The notes under the pieces were generated by a model. That model saw only the letters and a program-made list of their open reading frames with translations. It was not told where the DNA came from and did not search any database. A stretch of DNA of 64,000 nt from a virus: IMG/VR virus record IMGVR_UViG_3300017963_000206; one strand, written 5' to 3'. How positions within the stretch are numbered: the first letter of the stretch is position 1; each line of letters starts with the position of its first letter. Positions 35,301 to 45,446 of the stretch are shown piece after piece. A program made the translations under genes and the position numbers.

Positions 35301-37692
35301 TGGTGATTGCGGTGATTGCAACCCCTGTGGTGGTATCCCTTGCGACACCGGGAGTATTTCCACGTTTGGACTTTTTCTTCGCTTTCTTTTTCGCGGCCTT
35401 TTTGGAGGAGCTTTTTTTGAAGCTTTCGTTGTGTTTTTCGTCTTCAAAGACTTCGTGGGGGTTCGGGTCGTAGTCCGGGATTTCTTCTTCCCCGTCCGAG
35501 TCCCTGTTTGCGTCTTCTTCTTCCGCATGGTTTTGAGACTCCATCAACTCTGATAGAAATTTTGCGTTATGAGGTGAGGGTTTTGATACCTCCAATATTT
35601 TTTTGACTCCGAAGGATTTTTCGAGATTTATGAAAACTTCCTTCGCTGATGGAGATAATACCATGTCGGCAACGAACATTCCACGATTTTTTTGAATAAA
35701 ATACGAAAAAATCTGCTCAACATCATCGACCTTGATTAGCTCCATTACGATATCTTCGGACTCTTTTTGGTCCACATCCGGACCTATGGTGGAGATTCTT
35801 ACTTGGGGTTCGTAAAATTCCTTTGCACGAATCTTGGCAATAAAATCAAACATCCACGCATCATTGAAGTGGTCCTCTCCCACGTTCACCCAACGTGCAT
35901 CTTTTTCTTCCTCTTCATCCCCGGCACGTCTCCGCATATTTTTAATATGCTTTTTAAGTTCCCGTGTACGCGGATGGTCCGGACAAATCCATTCGAGACG
36001 TTTAACTTCCTCAGAGAGCTTATCCATCATCTGCGTTTTATTTGTAACGACTTTATGTTCTTTTTCGTCCCATTGGACATCATCAAACATTTTATCATTA
36101 TGAAAGTGTACGAAGACACGACCTTTATGTTTCTTAGCAAATTTTTTCGCGGAGTTTAAATTCGGAGAACCGTCAATAACGGCTATCACAATATTAAACT
36201 GCCGCATAAGTAAATCGAGAGTTGAATCAAATGATTCTTCCGTATCAACTTTCTCTACCCATACGGTTTGCCTACGAGCTTTAGCATCCCACGAAGAAAT
36301 ATGGATGTGATGCCATTTGGAAGATTGGTCAACGCCCATCGTGCAAGGTCTATCATCACGCAGATGTAATTTATATGCGGCATTCGTACATGCTTCCAAA
36401 GCGAGAGGTGCTATACGATTGCCTGTTGACTCAAATGTTAATCCGAGAACGAAATTGTACCAATCGGCCTCACGCTTATAATCATCTTTTTTCGCCATTA
36501 TAGAGGAGGGTGTCTCATTAAGACGCATCGGATTCGTAATATGAAAGCTTTCTTTTTCTCCAATGAGTTCGGGCCTCTCTGCAATCCATCTTCCTGCCGC
36601 TCTATCAAGTTCCCCTCCGCATTTTTCACAAGCCCAAATATCATTCTCGTGGTCCATGTGTTCGAGAGGTTCACAACAAAGCTTTACCCAATTATCACAA
36701 TCCGTGCAGGGGACGTGGAAATGAAATTGGCATCCGTCTTGGAATTTTTCGTCAATACCTTCGCCCGGAAAAGTAGGAGTGGAAATCCAATTGACCCATT
36801 GAAATTCTGAAGCTCCTAGACGCGAAGCAAATTTACTCATCGTGACAGCATCGGAGAAATTAACTTCATCATGGATATTCATATCAGAAGGAGTCGAAGT
36901 ATGCCGTGCTTTACCTTTAGTACCGCGTATGAATATTAAGGAATTTGCAACTTCTTTCATAGAGACATTATCGGTCCACTTCTTCCTTTTTTCTTTTTCG
37001 TGTCCGAATAATTTACGGTTCTCCCAAAGAATAGAATCAATGCGGTCCTTAGAAAAGTCTTTTGCATCCGTGGCGGTTGGAAGAGTGAGCATGACCCTAC
37101 GCCGTGCGGTCATTCCATATTTACGGATGAACCATATTATTTTCATTAACTCATATTCAGATATACCAACTTGCGCGGATTTAATTGCTGCGAAGTATGG
37201 GGAAACCGACTCATAAATCCGCTTCATATAGTGCTTCTCAAACCAGCGAAGCTCAAACGGTTTACCGTCCTTCATTACATCATCTACGGACTTCAGAGGG
37301 GAGCCTAAATACTCTCCCTTTTTAAGGACAGGGCTTTTCTGTTTCATGTTTGCGGGGGAGTGGAAAGTACAGTAATCTTTCCCTTTTAATGCAATCGCTT
37401 TGCAGGGAGAGCCATCTGGTTTTTTATATATACATATTCTACTTTTATCAACTTGCTCTTGCGGATTTTTAGGGTTGCGTCTCTTCGCATCCGGTTTCTT
37501 CTTTTTTCTCTTTTTAATTTTCTCTTTTTTGGTTTTATTCAATCTCTGCATCGGATGGTGTCCCCGGCAGAATGAAGGTTGCTTCATTCCAGATTTTGCC
37601 TTTGGGACAAGTTTACCACATCCGCACAGACATTTTTTTCTAACTTGTTTCTTTTGTGAAGACTTCGCCATCGTTTCTTGCTTGCGCTCCAT
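35290..37692 (-). CDS. terL: Terminase large subunit (lambda gpA-like) with N-terminal Zn-finger extension
   Basis: KSAQVG Walker A, IHDEV Walker B, STPT coupling motif, Zn ribbon, RNase H-like GVDQ...DHF; N-terminal CLCGCG and C-x8-C-x10-C-x2-H. Confidence 0.9.
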   Translation of the reverse strand: MERKQETMAKSSQKKQVRKKCLCGCGKLVPKAKSGMKQPSFCRGHHPMQRLNKTKKEKIKKRKKKKPDAKRRNPKNPQEQVDKSRICIYKKPDGSPCKAIALKGKDYCTFHSPANMKQKSPVLKKGEYLGSPLKSVDDVMKDGKPFELRWFEKHYMKRIYESVSPYFAAIKSAQVGISEYELMKIIWFIRKYGMTARRRVMLTLPTATDAKDFSKDRIDSILWENRKLFGHEKEKRKKWTDNVSMKEVANSLIFIRGTKGKARHTSTPSDMNIHDEVNFSDAVTMSKFASRLGASEFQWVNWISTPTFPGEGIDEKFQDGCQFHFHVPCTDCDNWVKLCCEPLEHMDHENDIWACEKCGGELDRAAGRWIAERPELIGEKESFHITNPMRLNETPSSIMAKKDDYKREADWYNFVLGLTFESTGNRIAPLALEACTNAAYKLHLRDDRPCTMGVDQSSKWHHIHISSWDAKARRQTVWVEKVDTEESFDSTLDLLMRQFNIVIAVIDGSPNLNSAKKFAKKHKGRVFVHFHNDKMFDDVQWDEKEHKVVTNKTQMMDKLSEEVKRLEWICPDHPRTRELKKHIKNMRRRAGDEEEEKDARWVNVGEDHFNDAWMFDFIAKIRAKEFYEPQVRISTIGPDVDQKESEDIVMELIKVDDVEQIFSYFIQKNRGMFVADMVLSPSAKEVFINLEKSFGVKKILEVSKPSPHNAKFLSELMESQNHAEEEDANRDSDGEEEIPDYDPNPHEVFEDEKHNESFKKSSSKKAAKKKAKKKSKRGNTPGVARDTTTGVAITAITNDK

Positions 37693-38221
37693 CCAACATA
37701 TTCTTCACATAATTTTCGATAAGCGGGATACCTTCGATAAGCTGTTTCTGGAATTCAGCATAACAACTTTTTTGAAGACCACAAATCCCGCATATTGGTA
37801 CTTCATCTGAGAACCAGTATCCGGTCCCGAAACCATACTTACCTTTACACGGAGATATTTTATAAAACTCCTGCATATCTCTCATCCCGGCAACGGGAGG
37901 AAGTTCCTCTACATCTGCCCGAATGTCACTCATAACTCTCGCGGTTGTGCCTTCGATTTCATTAAGACCGAGTACCACGAGCATTTCCTTCGGGTCGGAA
38001 GGATTCGCGGCCTGTTCCGTCTTTTTATAACATTTCGCATTTTTAGGACATTTGGCACAAGGGGAAGGAAGCATATCTTTCTTCTCCCTCTCATCCTCAT
38101 CCCGGAAATATCCGTTCCCAAAACCGTACTTTTTATAACATCCAAGATTTTCAAGTTCCGCGAACCTGTTTTTATCCTGTTTGTTATATGCGTGACCTCT
38201 CACTGGCCTACCTCTAGCCAT
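37640..38221 (-). CDS. Duplicated four-cysteine metal-binding protein in the small-terminase position
   Basis: Two repeats C..KYGFG.GY...C-x2-C-x5-CY; RBS AGGAGGTG before ATG 38221. Confidence 0.65.
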   Translation of the reverse strand: MARGRPVRGHAYNKQDKNRFAELENLGCYKKYGFGNGYFRDEDEREKKDMLPSPCAKCPKNAKCYKKTEQAANPSDPKEMLVVLGLNEIEGTTARVMSDIRADVEELPPVAGMRDMQEFYKISPCKGKYGFGTGYWFSDEVPICGICGLQKSCYAEFQKQLIEGIPLIENYVKNMLDGAQARNDGEVFTKETS

Positions 38222-38531
38222 CGGTCCCACCTCCTTTCGCTTGTTCTTCACCTTCGTATTCTTCCTCTTCTGCTTCATACTCTTCGCTTCCCTCTTCATC
38301 CTCATCTTCGATTTCGTCCGGTGCTTCCTCAAAACCTCCTTCGCTATAGCAGAGGATACCGCAGTATTTCGACTCCGCTACGTTACCGACCTGAAAAAAA
38401 TTCGGAAGGGTATTGAAAGACAGGAACCCGTGCGCGGGGTTCTCTTTAAAGAATTTATTCAATGCCTGTTCCAATACATCAGGGTTGTCGGCACTAAAAA
38501 CTTTCGTTTTCATAAAAGCGAAAGGAATCAT
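38214..38531 (-). CDS. Small protein with acidic tail (Cse60/DUF2758-like N-terminus possible)
   Basis: KVFS.....LE..LNKF pattern; poly-E/D C-terminus. Confidence 0.55.
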   Translation of the reverse strand: MIPFAFMKTKVFSADNPDVLEQALNKFFKENPAHGFLSFNTLPNFFQVGNVAESKYCGILCYSEGGFEEAPDEIEDEDEEGSEEYEAEEEEYEGEEQAKGGGTDG

Positions 38532-38601
38532 ATTTTTATCCTCCGATTTGAGTTTATCATGTGACGTTCAGTATATCAAGACATATTTTGAACGAAATAA
38601 T

Positions 38602-40956
38602 TTACAAGCAACTCTTAAAATCACAATGGCTACATTCAGGGCAACCGTCACCTCTATCAATCAAGGTAAGGTGTTTACACATCGGGCATTCCATACCCCC
38701 GTCTTCGAGAGTGATTTCCACTTTATCAACAAATTGCCTTCTTAAAAATTGCGCTATCAAATCCTGCATAGACGATACCGCAACTGGTTTTTTATCCGTG
38801 TTATCAAGCATCACCCTTCCGTTCTCCGCGCTACGGATACCTAGATGCGATTTAATTACATTCTCAACCGGGACTCCCATCTGAAGACCACCGGATATCA
38901 TTCTTCCGGTTGCTTGATTCGCCGCATTTTCTGTGCTACCGGAATTACCGACCTGAATAAAAGCTTCGACAGGCCGACCATAGGAGTCACTATTAATAGT
39001 GATGTAAGCATTACGGTGTCCCGCTTCCCCGTAAAGTTTTGCTTTCAATGTCATGCCATGAAGAATAGGTGGGCGTTTGTATTTAGGAAGTTCCTGTCTC
39101 CTCCCGGCTGCATCGAGAATTCCGCGCACCATACAATTGTCACGAAAGATTGTGATTCCCTTACAACCTTTTTCGTGAGCGTATTGATAAATCTGCATCA
39201 CGTCTTCTTCCGTGGTTTCCTCCGGACAATTCACAGTTCCAGAAATACCGGAGGTGCAGAAAAGTTGGAAGGCCGCTTGCATGTTCACACGGTCCTTCCA
39301 ATGAATCTCATGTGAGGTAGCGAAAATTTCTTTTAAATCTTCCGGTATCGGAAGTCCTCCGGCACGTCCCTTCGCTTCCACGATTGTCTCTATAGGTAAA
39401 TTTATTCCGCGTTCTTTTAATGCCGCGAGAAATTCAGGGTCGGTCAGAACTATTTTCTTCGTTTGGTTTAATTCTCTCTCACGAATACTGCGCTCGTAAT
39501 GGAGAGCGTAAATCGGTTCCGCTCCCCCGGTCCACGCATCGAAAGCGACTCCTGTATTTCCATTCGGTGCAATAGTAGAGACACTTGCATTCCGGGGGTA
39601 GTGTCCTTTCTCCGCTTCCTTGATAATCGCTTCCCATCTTTCAACGTGACCAATCTGACCAGCGGTACGTTTGTTTTGTTCCTTCGCATGTTCGAGATAA
39701 CGATTCATAATTTTTTGAAAGGCATCCTGACCTTGAATATCTTCAAAGCACGGAGCGGGTCCGGACTTCTTCGATTCCTCAAGACTCCATTCATAAGCCG
39801 CGAGTGTAATTTCTTCCATGACCGCCATTGCGATATCACGACCCTTTTCCGAAGCGTAAGGAATTCCGAGATGAGCCAACCCCTCCGCGAAACCGAGAAG
39901 GCCGACACCAGTGTTACGCATATAACGAGAATTTTCCGTGAACTCCGGTGTCGGATAATGTGAGAGGTCAACATTCGCATTAGCGAGAGGCATTAATACT
40001 TTCACGCTTTCGTTGACTCGTTTCCTTATCGCTTCTTTCCGATGTGCTTCTTTTCGGATTTCATATTTCTTAAACATTGCGTAGAGATTATTTGCGACCA
40101 GATTGCAGGACGTGTTTGGATTCTGCGGTTGCTCCCCGCATGGATTGGTCGTGTCCATCGGTCCAAGTTGCGGGGCAAAGTTATCCATATTAATACGGTC
40201 ATAAAAAAGTATTCCGGGGTCTCCGGTTTGCCACGCATGATGCGCCATTTTTTTAAGTAGGAGGTCTGCACGAGTCGTACTCCAAATCTTATCTTCCCAT
40301 GCAAGATTCCACTCCGCTTTCTCTCTAACTTTTCGCATGAACTCATCCGTACATAAAACGGAAAGATTCATATTAGTGTATTTGTCCCTGTTCGGACCCG
40401 GAGCTTTAATGGAAATGAACTTTTCCACGTCCGGATGCCAACACATCATCGAGCAAAGAATGGCTGCACGTCTTTTTCCCGCCGCCATTACGATATCCCC
40501 GGCGTTATGATAAGCGGTCATAAAACTATTCGGTCCGGAAGAACCGGACGGTCCTGCTATTTCCAAACCTCCGTCACCGAGACTCGCGCCTTCGGGACGC
40601 AAGTGCCATATAGGAATACCAACTCCCGCACCCGCTTTAAAAATCAAAAGACAGGTCGCCCATGTCTTTCCGATATCTACCATGCTATCTTTTAAATCCG
40701 AAACGAAGCAAGCCGCGAGAATCGGATTTTCTGTGATACCGAGATTATAATAGATGGGTGAAGAGAGAACGGCTATCTGGTCGGCAGAAAGTTCCTTGAA
40801 TGATTTAATTATTTTTTTCGGTACGCCGTGTTTGAGATAAGCATTACCTATTCGGTTAAAAACATCGGACGGAGATTTTTCTACTAACTGCGATTTATTA
40901 TCTCTCGCCTGATAATGTAGCTCATGGATGAACAAAGCTTGAGGTGAATATACCAT
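38602..40956 (-). CDS. nrdJ: Class II (adenosylcobalamin-dependent) ribonucleotide reductase with TSCPD domain
   Basis: AACF, TNPCGEQP, SCNL, TIAPNG, GITIFRD motifs; C-terminal CPEC.HC..KSC. Confidence 0.9.
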   Translation of the reverse strand: MVYSPQALFIHELHYQARDNKSQLVEKSPSDVFNRIGNAYLKHGVPKKIIKSFKELSADQIAVLSSPIYYNLGITENPILAACFVSDLKDSMVDIGKTWATCLLIFKAGAGVGIPIWHLRPEGASLGDGGLEIAGPSGSSGPNSFMTAYHNAGDIVMAAGKRRAAILCSMMCWHPDVEKFISIKAPGPNRDKYTNMNLSVLCTDEFMRKVREKAEWNLAWEDKIWSTTRADLLLKKMAHHAWQTGDPGILFYDRINMDNFAPQLGPMDTTNPCGEQPQNPNTSCNLVANNLYAMFKKYEIRKEAHRKEAIRKRVNESVKVLMPLANANVDLSHYPTPEFTENSRYMRNTGVGLLGFAEGLAHLGIPYASEKGRDIAMAVMEEITLAAYEWSLEESKKSGPAPCFEDIQGQDAFQKIMNRYLEHAKEQNKRTAGQIGHVERWEAIIKEAEKGHYPRNASVSTIAPNGNTGVAFDAWTGGAEPIYALHYERSIRERELNQTKKIVLTDPEFLAALKERGINLPIETIVEAKGRAGGLPIPEDLKEIFATSHEIHWKDRVNMQAAFQLFCTSGISGTVNCPEETTEEDVMQIYQYAHEKGCKGITIFRDNCMVRGILDAAGRRQELPKYKRPPILHGMTLKAKLYGEAGHRNAYITINSDSYGRPVEAFIQVGNSGSTENAANQATGRMISGGLQMGVPVENVIKSHLGIRSAENGRVMLDNTDKKPVAVSSMQDLIAQFLRRQFVDKVEITLEDGGMECPMCKHLTLIDRGDGCPECSHCDFKSCL

Positions 40957-41001
40957 GTAACCCTCCCGTACAATTTTCGTTTAAAGATTTCTTGTCTTAT
41001 A

Positions 41002-41012
41002 ATTATAACCGG
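41002..41012 (-). promoter_or_regulatory. -10 element CCGGTTATAAT upstream of nrdJ
   Basis: TATAAT with a poor -35; identical 11-mer at 52852-52862. Confidence 0.4.
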
Positions 41013-41042
41013 GAAAAATCAAGATAAAGTTGAGAAAAGAAA

Positions 41043-41594
41043 TTAAATTACAGGAGTGATTGGTTTGAAGTCCGTGGAGTATTTCATTAATCTATACAAA
41101 TCATTGGGTGAGAAAGAATTCCTGTCGAGTTTATTGTATGCGGGATTTAGGGCGAGAGCTTGGATGTATTTTAATACTAATTCGCTGCAAATAACTCCAG
41201 ACCCGAAAGGATTGTTCACATTTTGCAAAGTGATTTTTTTAATGAGCCACATCGGGATAAATCCTACGCATTGGAGATACCCATATTTCTTACCTATTAA
41301 TATTTTTGTGTATTCGAGCGCGGAGAGTCGGGTAGCTTTATCAGTCTGCGGCATCCAAAGTTGGAAATCATACTCACTGGAAAAATACTTTGAAAGAACT
41401 GATATTCCTGTTCCGCGTTCACTCGCTTCGATTATTGTAGCTCCGAAAAAAGAATTCACATTGGCTACAACAAAAGCGTGATTCCACGGACCCCCTGTAA
41501 AAAATCTAACGGCCTTCCCGAAATATCCCCACAACCCATTTGATTTCGTCATGGAGAGACCGATAGCTCCGGTAATGTCTCGTTGGAGTGCCAT
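41043..41594 (-). CDS. Permuted papain-like amidase (YiiX/YaeF-type NlpC/P60)
   Basis: His first (WNHAFVV), GKKYG, then Cys (VICSELV) and SPNDL. Confidence 0.8.
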   Translation of the reverse strand: MALQRDITGAIGLSMTKSNGLWGYFGKAVRFFTGGPWNHAFVVANVNSFFGATIIEASERGTGISVLSKYFSSEYDFQLWMPQTDKATRLSALEYTKILIGKKYGYLQCVGFIPMWLIKKITLQNVNNPFGSGVICSELVLKYIQALALNPAYNKLDRNSFSPNDLYRLMKYSTDFKPITPVI

Positions 41595-42439
41595 TAGTAT
41601 TTATAAACAAGTCTGAATCGAATAGTCTTTTGTTGAGAGTCATTGTTTACATACACGACACGCAAAGTAGTATTTGGAGGAATACTCGCGGAACCGAAAA
41701 TCTGTCCTCCAATTGAAAGGACTTCATTTGCTTCGAGAAGAATGTTCCGGGCGTAAACAACTGTGCGAAGTGCCGCATCCCCGGCTGACTTTGCCGTTGC
41801 GAGATTAGAACGGAGGGTCACTTCCCCGGTAACGTAATTCACTTCCGCAACTTCATGCAGGGTATCCGTGGGAGTGCCTATTCTTAAATCGAATCCCGGT
41901 TTAATGTACGGAAGGGATTCAACTGGAAGCATGATTTTATTTTGTCCCGCATCCGCGTTTGCGGTCAGAACTCCTATAGGTGAATCCGGGGCAACATAAA
42001 AATCCATTACATCCCCGGCCTTTGCCGCTGGTACGAATCCTTCCCCGCTTTCTAAATCAACGGGATACGGGAAGGATATATCTAAGTGTCCCGTTTCCCC
42101 TGCGGGAATCGTTATCTCGAAACCCTCAAGTCGTGTATTCGTTGTAGAGGGGTCAAGGGAATCCTCATGCACGAGACGTACAAGTTGAATTGAGGCATCT
42201 GAATCAGGTTCCCCGTCATGCGCTAAACATACTGCATGAAAAGCCGCTTCCTCTTCAGCGGGAAGAGCATCTTTAAAGTACGCATCCAAGACCGTCCCCA
42301 CGGTTGTTATATGAGAGAGTTGAATATTAATGCCACTATTCCCCGAATGTATTTCATTGCGAAGCTTGGAAGTATTAACTCTCCCATTTTTAAAATGTTC
42401 TGTGTTTTCAATATCTTTCGTGTATTTAGTAATAGGCAT
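41594..42439 (-). CDS. Probable virion structural protein
   Basis: TAATG coupling to the upstream gene; beta-rich; co-operonic with the DUF2793-repeat gene. Confidence 0.55.
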   Translation of the reverse strand: MPITKYTKDIENTEHFKNGRVNTSKLRNEIHSGNSGINIQLSHITTVGTVLDAYFKDALPAEEEAAFHAVCLAHDGEPDSDASIQLVRLVHEDSLDPSTTNTRLEGFEITIPAGETGHLDISFPYPVDLESGEGFVPAAKAGDVMDFYVAPDSPIGVLTANADAGQNKIMLPVESLPYIKPGFDLRIGTPTDTLHEVAEVNYVTGEVTLRSNLATAKSAGDAALRTVVYARNILLEANEVLSIGGQIFGSASIPPNTTLRVVYVNNDSQQKTIRFRLVYKY

Positions 42440-45066
42440 TAGCCAACCCTCCATAGTTCGAGTCTTGCACGTCTAATACTCGCGGTTTCCCCGGCATCAT
42501 TGACTCCATAATCAAGGTCAAATGTGTGCGCGGCATTTGTTAAGGTAACATACGCAAATCCGGAAGCAGGATAGAAACCCACATTTGCACGTCTCGGTAA
42601 TAAAATAACTTCGGCAAGGTCAACGGGCGTACCCCCTGCATCTTGTCGTACTCTCGCCTTCATCTCTTTCCCCGCCGCTTCATCTGAATGTGTCCACTCA
42701 AAATAGTAATTGACACGGTAAGTCCCTGCCGGGATTACGGGTGTCGTAATGCTTACTTTAGTTTGGTAATTAGTATCACCTGTATGCGTACTTAAAGCAT
42801 CACTCGATGCCTGTTGTAAATTTAATCCGAAGGGGTAATCATCGAGAACATCGAGAGCTTTTTGAACATCATCTTCGGTTGCAGTTAAGCGATTATTGAA
42901 GTTAGTTACATCCGGGGCTACTGCGGCTGCGGGGTGCGCTCCTGTGTCGGCGCGTCCTGAAAGTGAGTTGTGTACCGTTGGCGAAGTACCTCCCGTAGTA
43001 CCTCCCGTCTGTATTTCTCTGTAATCAATTACCTCTACTAATCTTGCTTTTGGCGAATTACTGAAACCATTAGCCGTTTCAAAAATCAGCTTGTAAAGGA
43101 TTTTAATTTCTTGAAACGGAATTTGCCCCCACGCTATTTCACTTATATCAGCTAATTCTGCCCCAAGTAATGTATTGTAATCAGCCTGACCGCAAATAAT
43201 AACCAAAGGCTCAAAAATATCATTAGTACCAATGAGCCAAAGATTCATATAATCGCCATTAGGAAGTTCCGTGAAATCCCATATACCTATACCACCACCA
43301 TCCGGGTCATTCCAATGAATACGGGTTCCTGTCCCTACATAAGCCGCTTCTATAAGCGGGAAATTATTTGCTGGTTTCTTCCTCCAATTACCCGCCGCGC
43401 CATCACGATAATATACTGGAAGTTGGGCAATCGGTCTTATATCCTGCACGAAGCTCCCGGAACCGGAATCACGGATATTAATTTCTAAATCTTCATCGAG
43501 AATATACCCATCTTCAAGTTCAACTTCAGCGTCAGCATCGAGATTACCGCTGCCCGGAATAGGTGTAGTTTTCGGTGTGAGTGTTAGACCGCTTCTCCAC
43601 TGAGTCCCAAAACCAAAATGCAGATATTTATGCGTTTCATAATCCATAACCAAACCATGCCGCTCATCTGCAAAAAATATGGCTATAGAATTAGTCGAGT
43701 CCCATTGGATGTAGGAAACAGGGGCATGTTGAGTTAAGTCCCACGGGGTCTGAGAGCCAATCAAAGTTCCGGTATCGTCATAATAAAAGAACCATACCCC
43801 CTCTGCTATTACCCCGGAAATATCAACTACTTCAGGAGCATTTTTAGTAAATTTTTTACTTTTTACCCAAATATCAAAATCAGCACCTACAGGAGCAATA
43901 GTAAATTCTTGAGTACCATCATTCCATGAAATAGTCGTATAATTATCAGATGAATCGGGGAATCCCATAGGCTCTTCATCAACCAGCATGGTTTCGATTT
44001 CATCCGTTCCATCTTTTTCATGTGTCGGAGCGTGAGGAAGTGGAATCTGCGGGTCTGCGAGTTGCCCGGAAAGACCCGCGACATCTATCTCATCAGTCCC
44101 ACCATTTTCGTGAGTGACAGCGTGAGGTGCGATAGGCCATTGGAGCCACATACCATCGTAAATATAAAAAAGGTCTTCATCATCTACATAAGTAACCATC
44201 CCGTTTCTCGGAGCGGTGTACTCCCAATTATCTCCGTCCCATTCCGCGATTTCATCGTCATGTCCCGTCCACGCGCCAGCACCAACCCCGTCAATCAAAT
44301 AACGGTCCCCCGCCGATGGCGTAAGTGGAGTCGGGTCAAGAATACTTTTTGTAATTACAGGAGGAACCCAAGTAACTATTGTATCGAAAAGATTCCCCCA
44401 TGCCGCGCCATCGTAGAAATAGAAAAGCGCATCTTCTTTAACGTAAGTGACCATACCTTCAATCGGGGGAGTATAGAGCCAAACAGTACCGTCCCACTCA
44501 GCGATATTGTTATCCTTGCCAACCCATGCACCAGCACCGACTCCATTGATAAGATAACGGTCCCCGGCAGAAGGTGTAAGTGGAGTTGGGTCGAGAACAT
44601 CGTCCGTAATTACTGGCTGTTGCCAAACATTCCCGTTTGCTCCTGTTGTTTGGAGCGAGAAATATGTTGCCCCGTTGTAACCGTAGAAAAGACTTTCATC
44701 ATTAACCCACATAAGACTACTACGTTGAACAGGCCAAAATCTCCACTCAGAGCGAGTTTGGTCTTTTCCTGAGACCCGCCATTCTGCTATGACGTTGACT
44801 TGACCTTCCCAAGCTGTATCCGCATCTCCGGGACTTGAAAGAAGGTAGCGGTCTTCATTTTGAGGTTCGATAGGGGGAGTAGTTAAGGCTTGGCTTATAA
44901 CGGGGTCTGTCCAGAAAAGCGCGACATTATCCAACTCATCCTGCGCCACAAAAAGCATATTACCGAGCTTCGCTCGATTAAGAGTCGGACAGGCACGGTT
45001 CAATTCCTGCACGAAATTCCGTACAGTATCCAAAATTACTTGGGTCCGGTCTCCTAGCTGACTCAT
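42439..45066 (-). CDS. DUF2793-like repeat fibre/structural protein
   Basis: Three repeats of GDRYL...AW.G....IAEW.G..W.Y..P..G...YV.DE; H..THE.GG.DEI motifs; C-terminal beta domain. Confidence 0.7.
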   Translation of the reverse strand: MSQLGDRTQVILDTVRNFVQELNRACPTLNRAKLGNMLFVAQDELDNVALFWTDPVISQALTTPPIEPQNEDRYLLSSPGDADTAWEGQVNVIAEWRVSGKDQTRSEWRFWPVQRSSLMWVNDESLFYGYNGATYFSLQTTGANGNVWQQPVITDDVLDPTPLTPSAGDRYLINGVGAGAWVGKDNNIAEWDGTVWLYTPPIEGMVTYVKEDALFYFYDGAAWGNLFDTIVTWVPPVITKSILDPTPLTPSAGDRYLIDGVGAGAWTGHDDEIAEWDGDNWEYTAPRNGMVTYVDDEDLFYIYDGMWLQWPIAPHAVTHENGGTDEIDVAGLSGQLADPQIPLPHAPTHEKDGTDEIETMLVDEEPMGFPDSSDNYTTISWNDGTQEFTIAPVGADFDIWVKSKKFTKNAPEVVDISGVIAEGVWFFYYDDTGTLIGSQTPWDLTQHAPVSYIQWDSTNSIAIFFADERHGLVMDYETHKYLHFGFGTQWRSGLTLTPKTTPIPGSGNLDADAEVELEDGYILDEDLEINIRDSGSGSFVQDIRPIAQLPVYYRDGAAGNWRKKPANNFPLIEAAYVGTGTRIHWNDPDGGGIGIWDFTELPNGDYMNLWLIGTNDIFEPLVIICGQADYNTLLGAELADISEIAWGQIPFQEIKILYKLIFETANGFSNSPKARLVEVIDYREIQTGGTTGGTSPTVHNSLSGRADTGAHPAAAVAPDVTNFNNRLTATEDDVQKALDVLDDYPFGLNLQQASSDALSTHTGDTNYQTKVSITTPVIPAGTYRVNYYFEWTHSDEAAGKEMKARVRQDAGGTPVDLAEVILLPRRANVGFYPASGFAYVTLTNAAHTFDLDYGVNDAGETASIRRARLELWRVG

Positions 45067-45099
45067 AAGCCCTCTCCTGTATTAGAGTTCCTTTACAGT

Positions 45100-45127
45100 A
45101 TTATACAGGAGCGGCTATCTCTAACAA
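45100..45127 (-). promoter_or_regulatory. Sigma70-like promoter of the displaced structural operon
   Basis: TTGTTA-16-TATAAT; 9-bp inverted repeat CTCCTGTAT/ATACAGGAG links the -10 region and the RBS. Confidence 0.5.
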
Positions 45128-45154
45128 GCCTCAATTTCAAATTTTTTGTATTTT

Positions 45155-45340
45155 TTACTTGAAAACATCTTCCCACTTTGCTCCGTTTTCCTCCACGAAT
45201 TTCTTAGCATGGTCTATATTTGTGGTCTCTCCATGTAGCTTACCATCTACCCAAATGAAATAACGGATGAACAGTTTGGACCTCCCGCATGTCCGTCTAT
45301 AATTGGTCTTCGTATGGGTGACTCTAATATTCTTACCCAT
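45155..45340 (-). CDS. Small hypothetical protein
   Basis: 61 aa, RBS GAAAGGA. Confidence 0.55.
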   Translation of the reverse strand: MGKNIRVTHTKTNYRRTCGRSKLFIRYFIWVDGKLHGETTNIDHAKKFVEENGAKWEDVFK

Positions 45341-45355
45341 ATTTTCCTTTCGTAC

Positions 45356-45394
45356 AAAATAAAACCGTGAACCCGAAATAATCCGGATTCACGG
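45356..45394 (-). terminator. Intrinsic terminator
   Basis: CCGTGAACCCG / CGGATTCACGG stem with an A-rich left flank. Confidence 0.65.
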
Positions 45395-45446
45395 CTCCCG
45401 ACTAGGAGGGCTACCCTAGCGTTGGGTTAATTTTACTTTAACACCT

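Noticed and set aside
35301-35528. 76-aa basic N-terminal extension of the portal ORF
   Set aside because: It overlaps the terL 3' end in another frame with no RBS; ATG 35300 overlapping the terL stop is more plausible.
44310-44600. Near-identical DNA repeats as a CRISPR-like array
   Set aside because: They are in-frame copies of the DUF2793-like protein repeat, with only two close copies and coding spacers.
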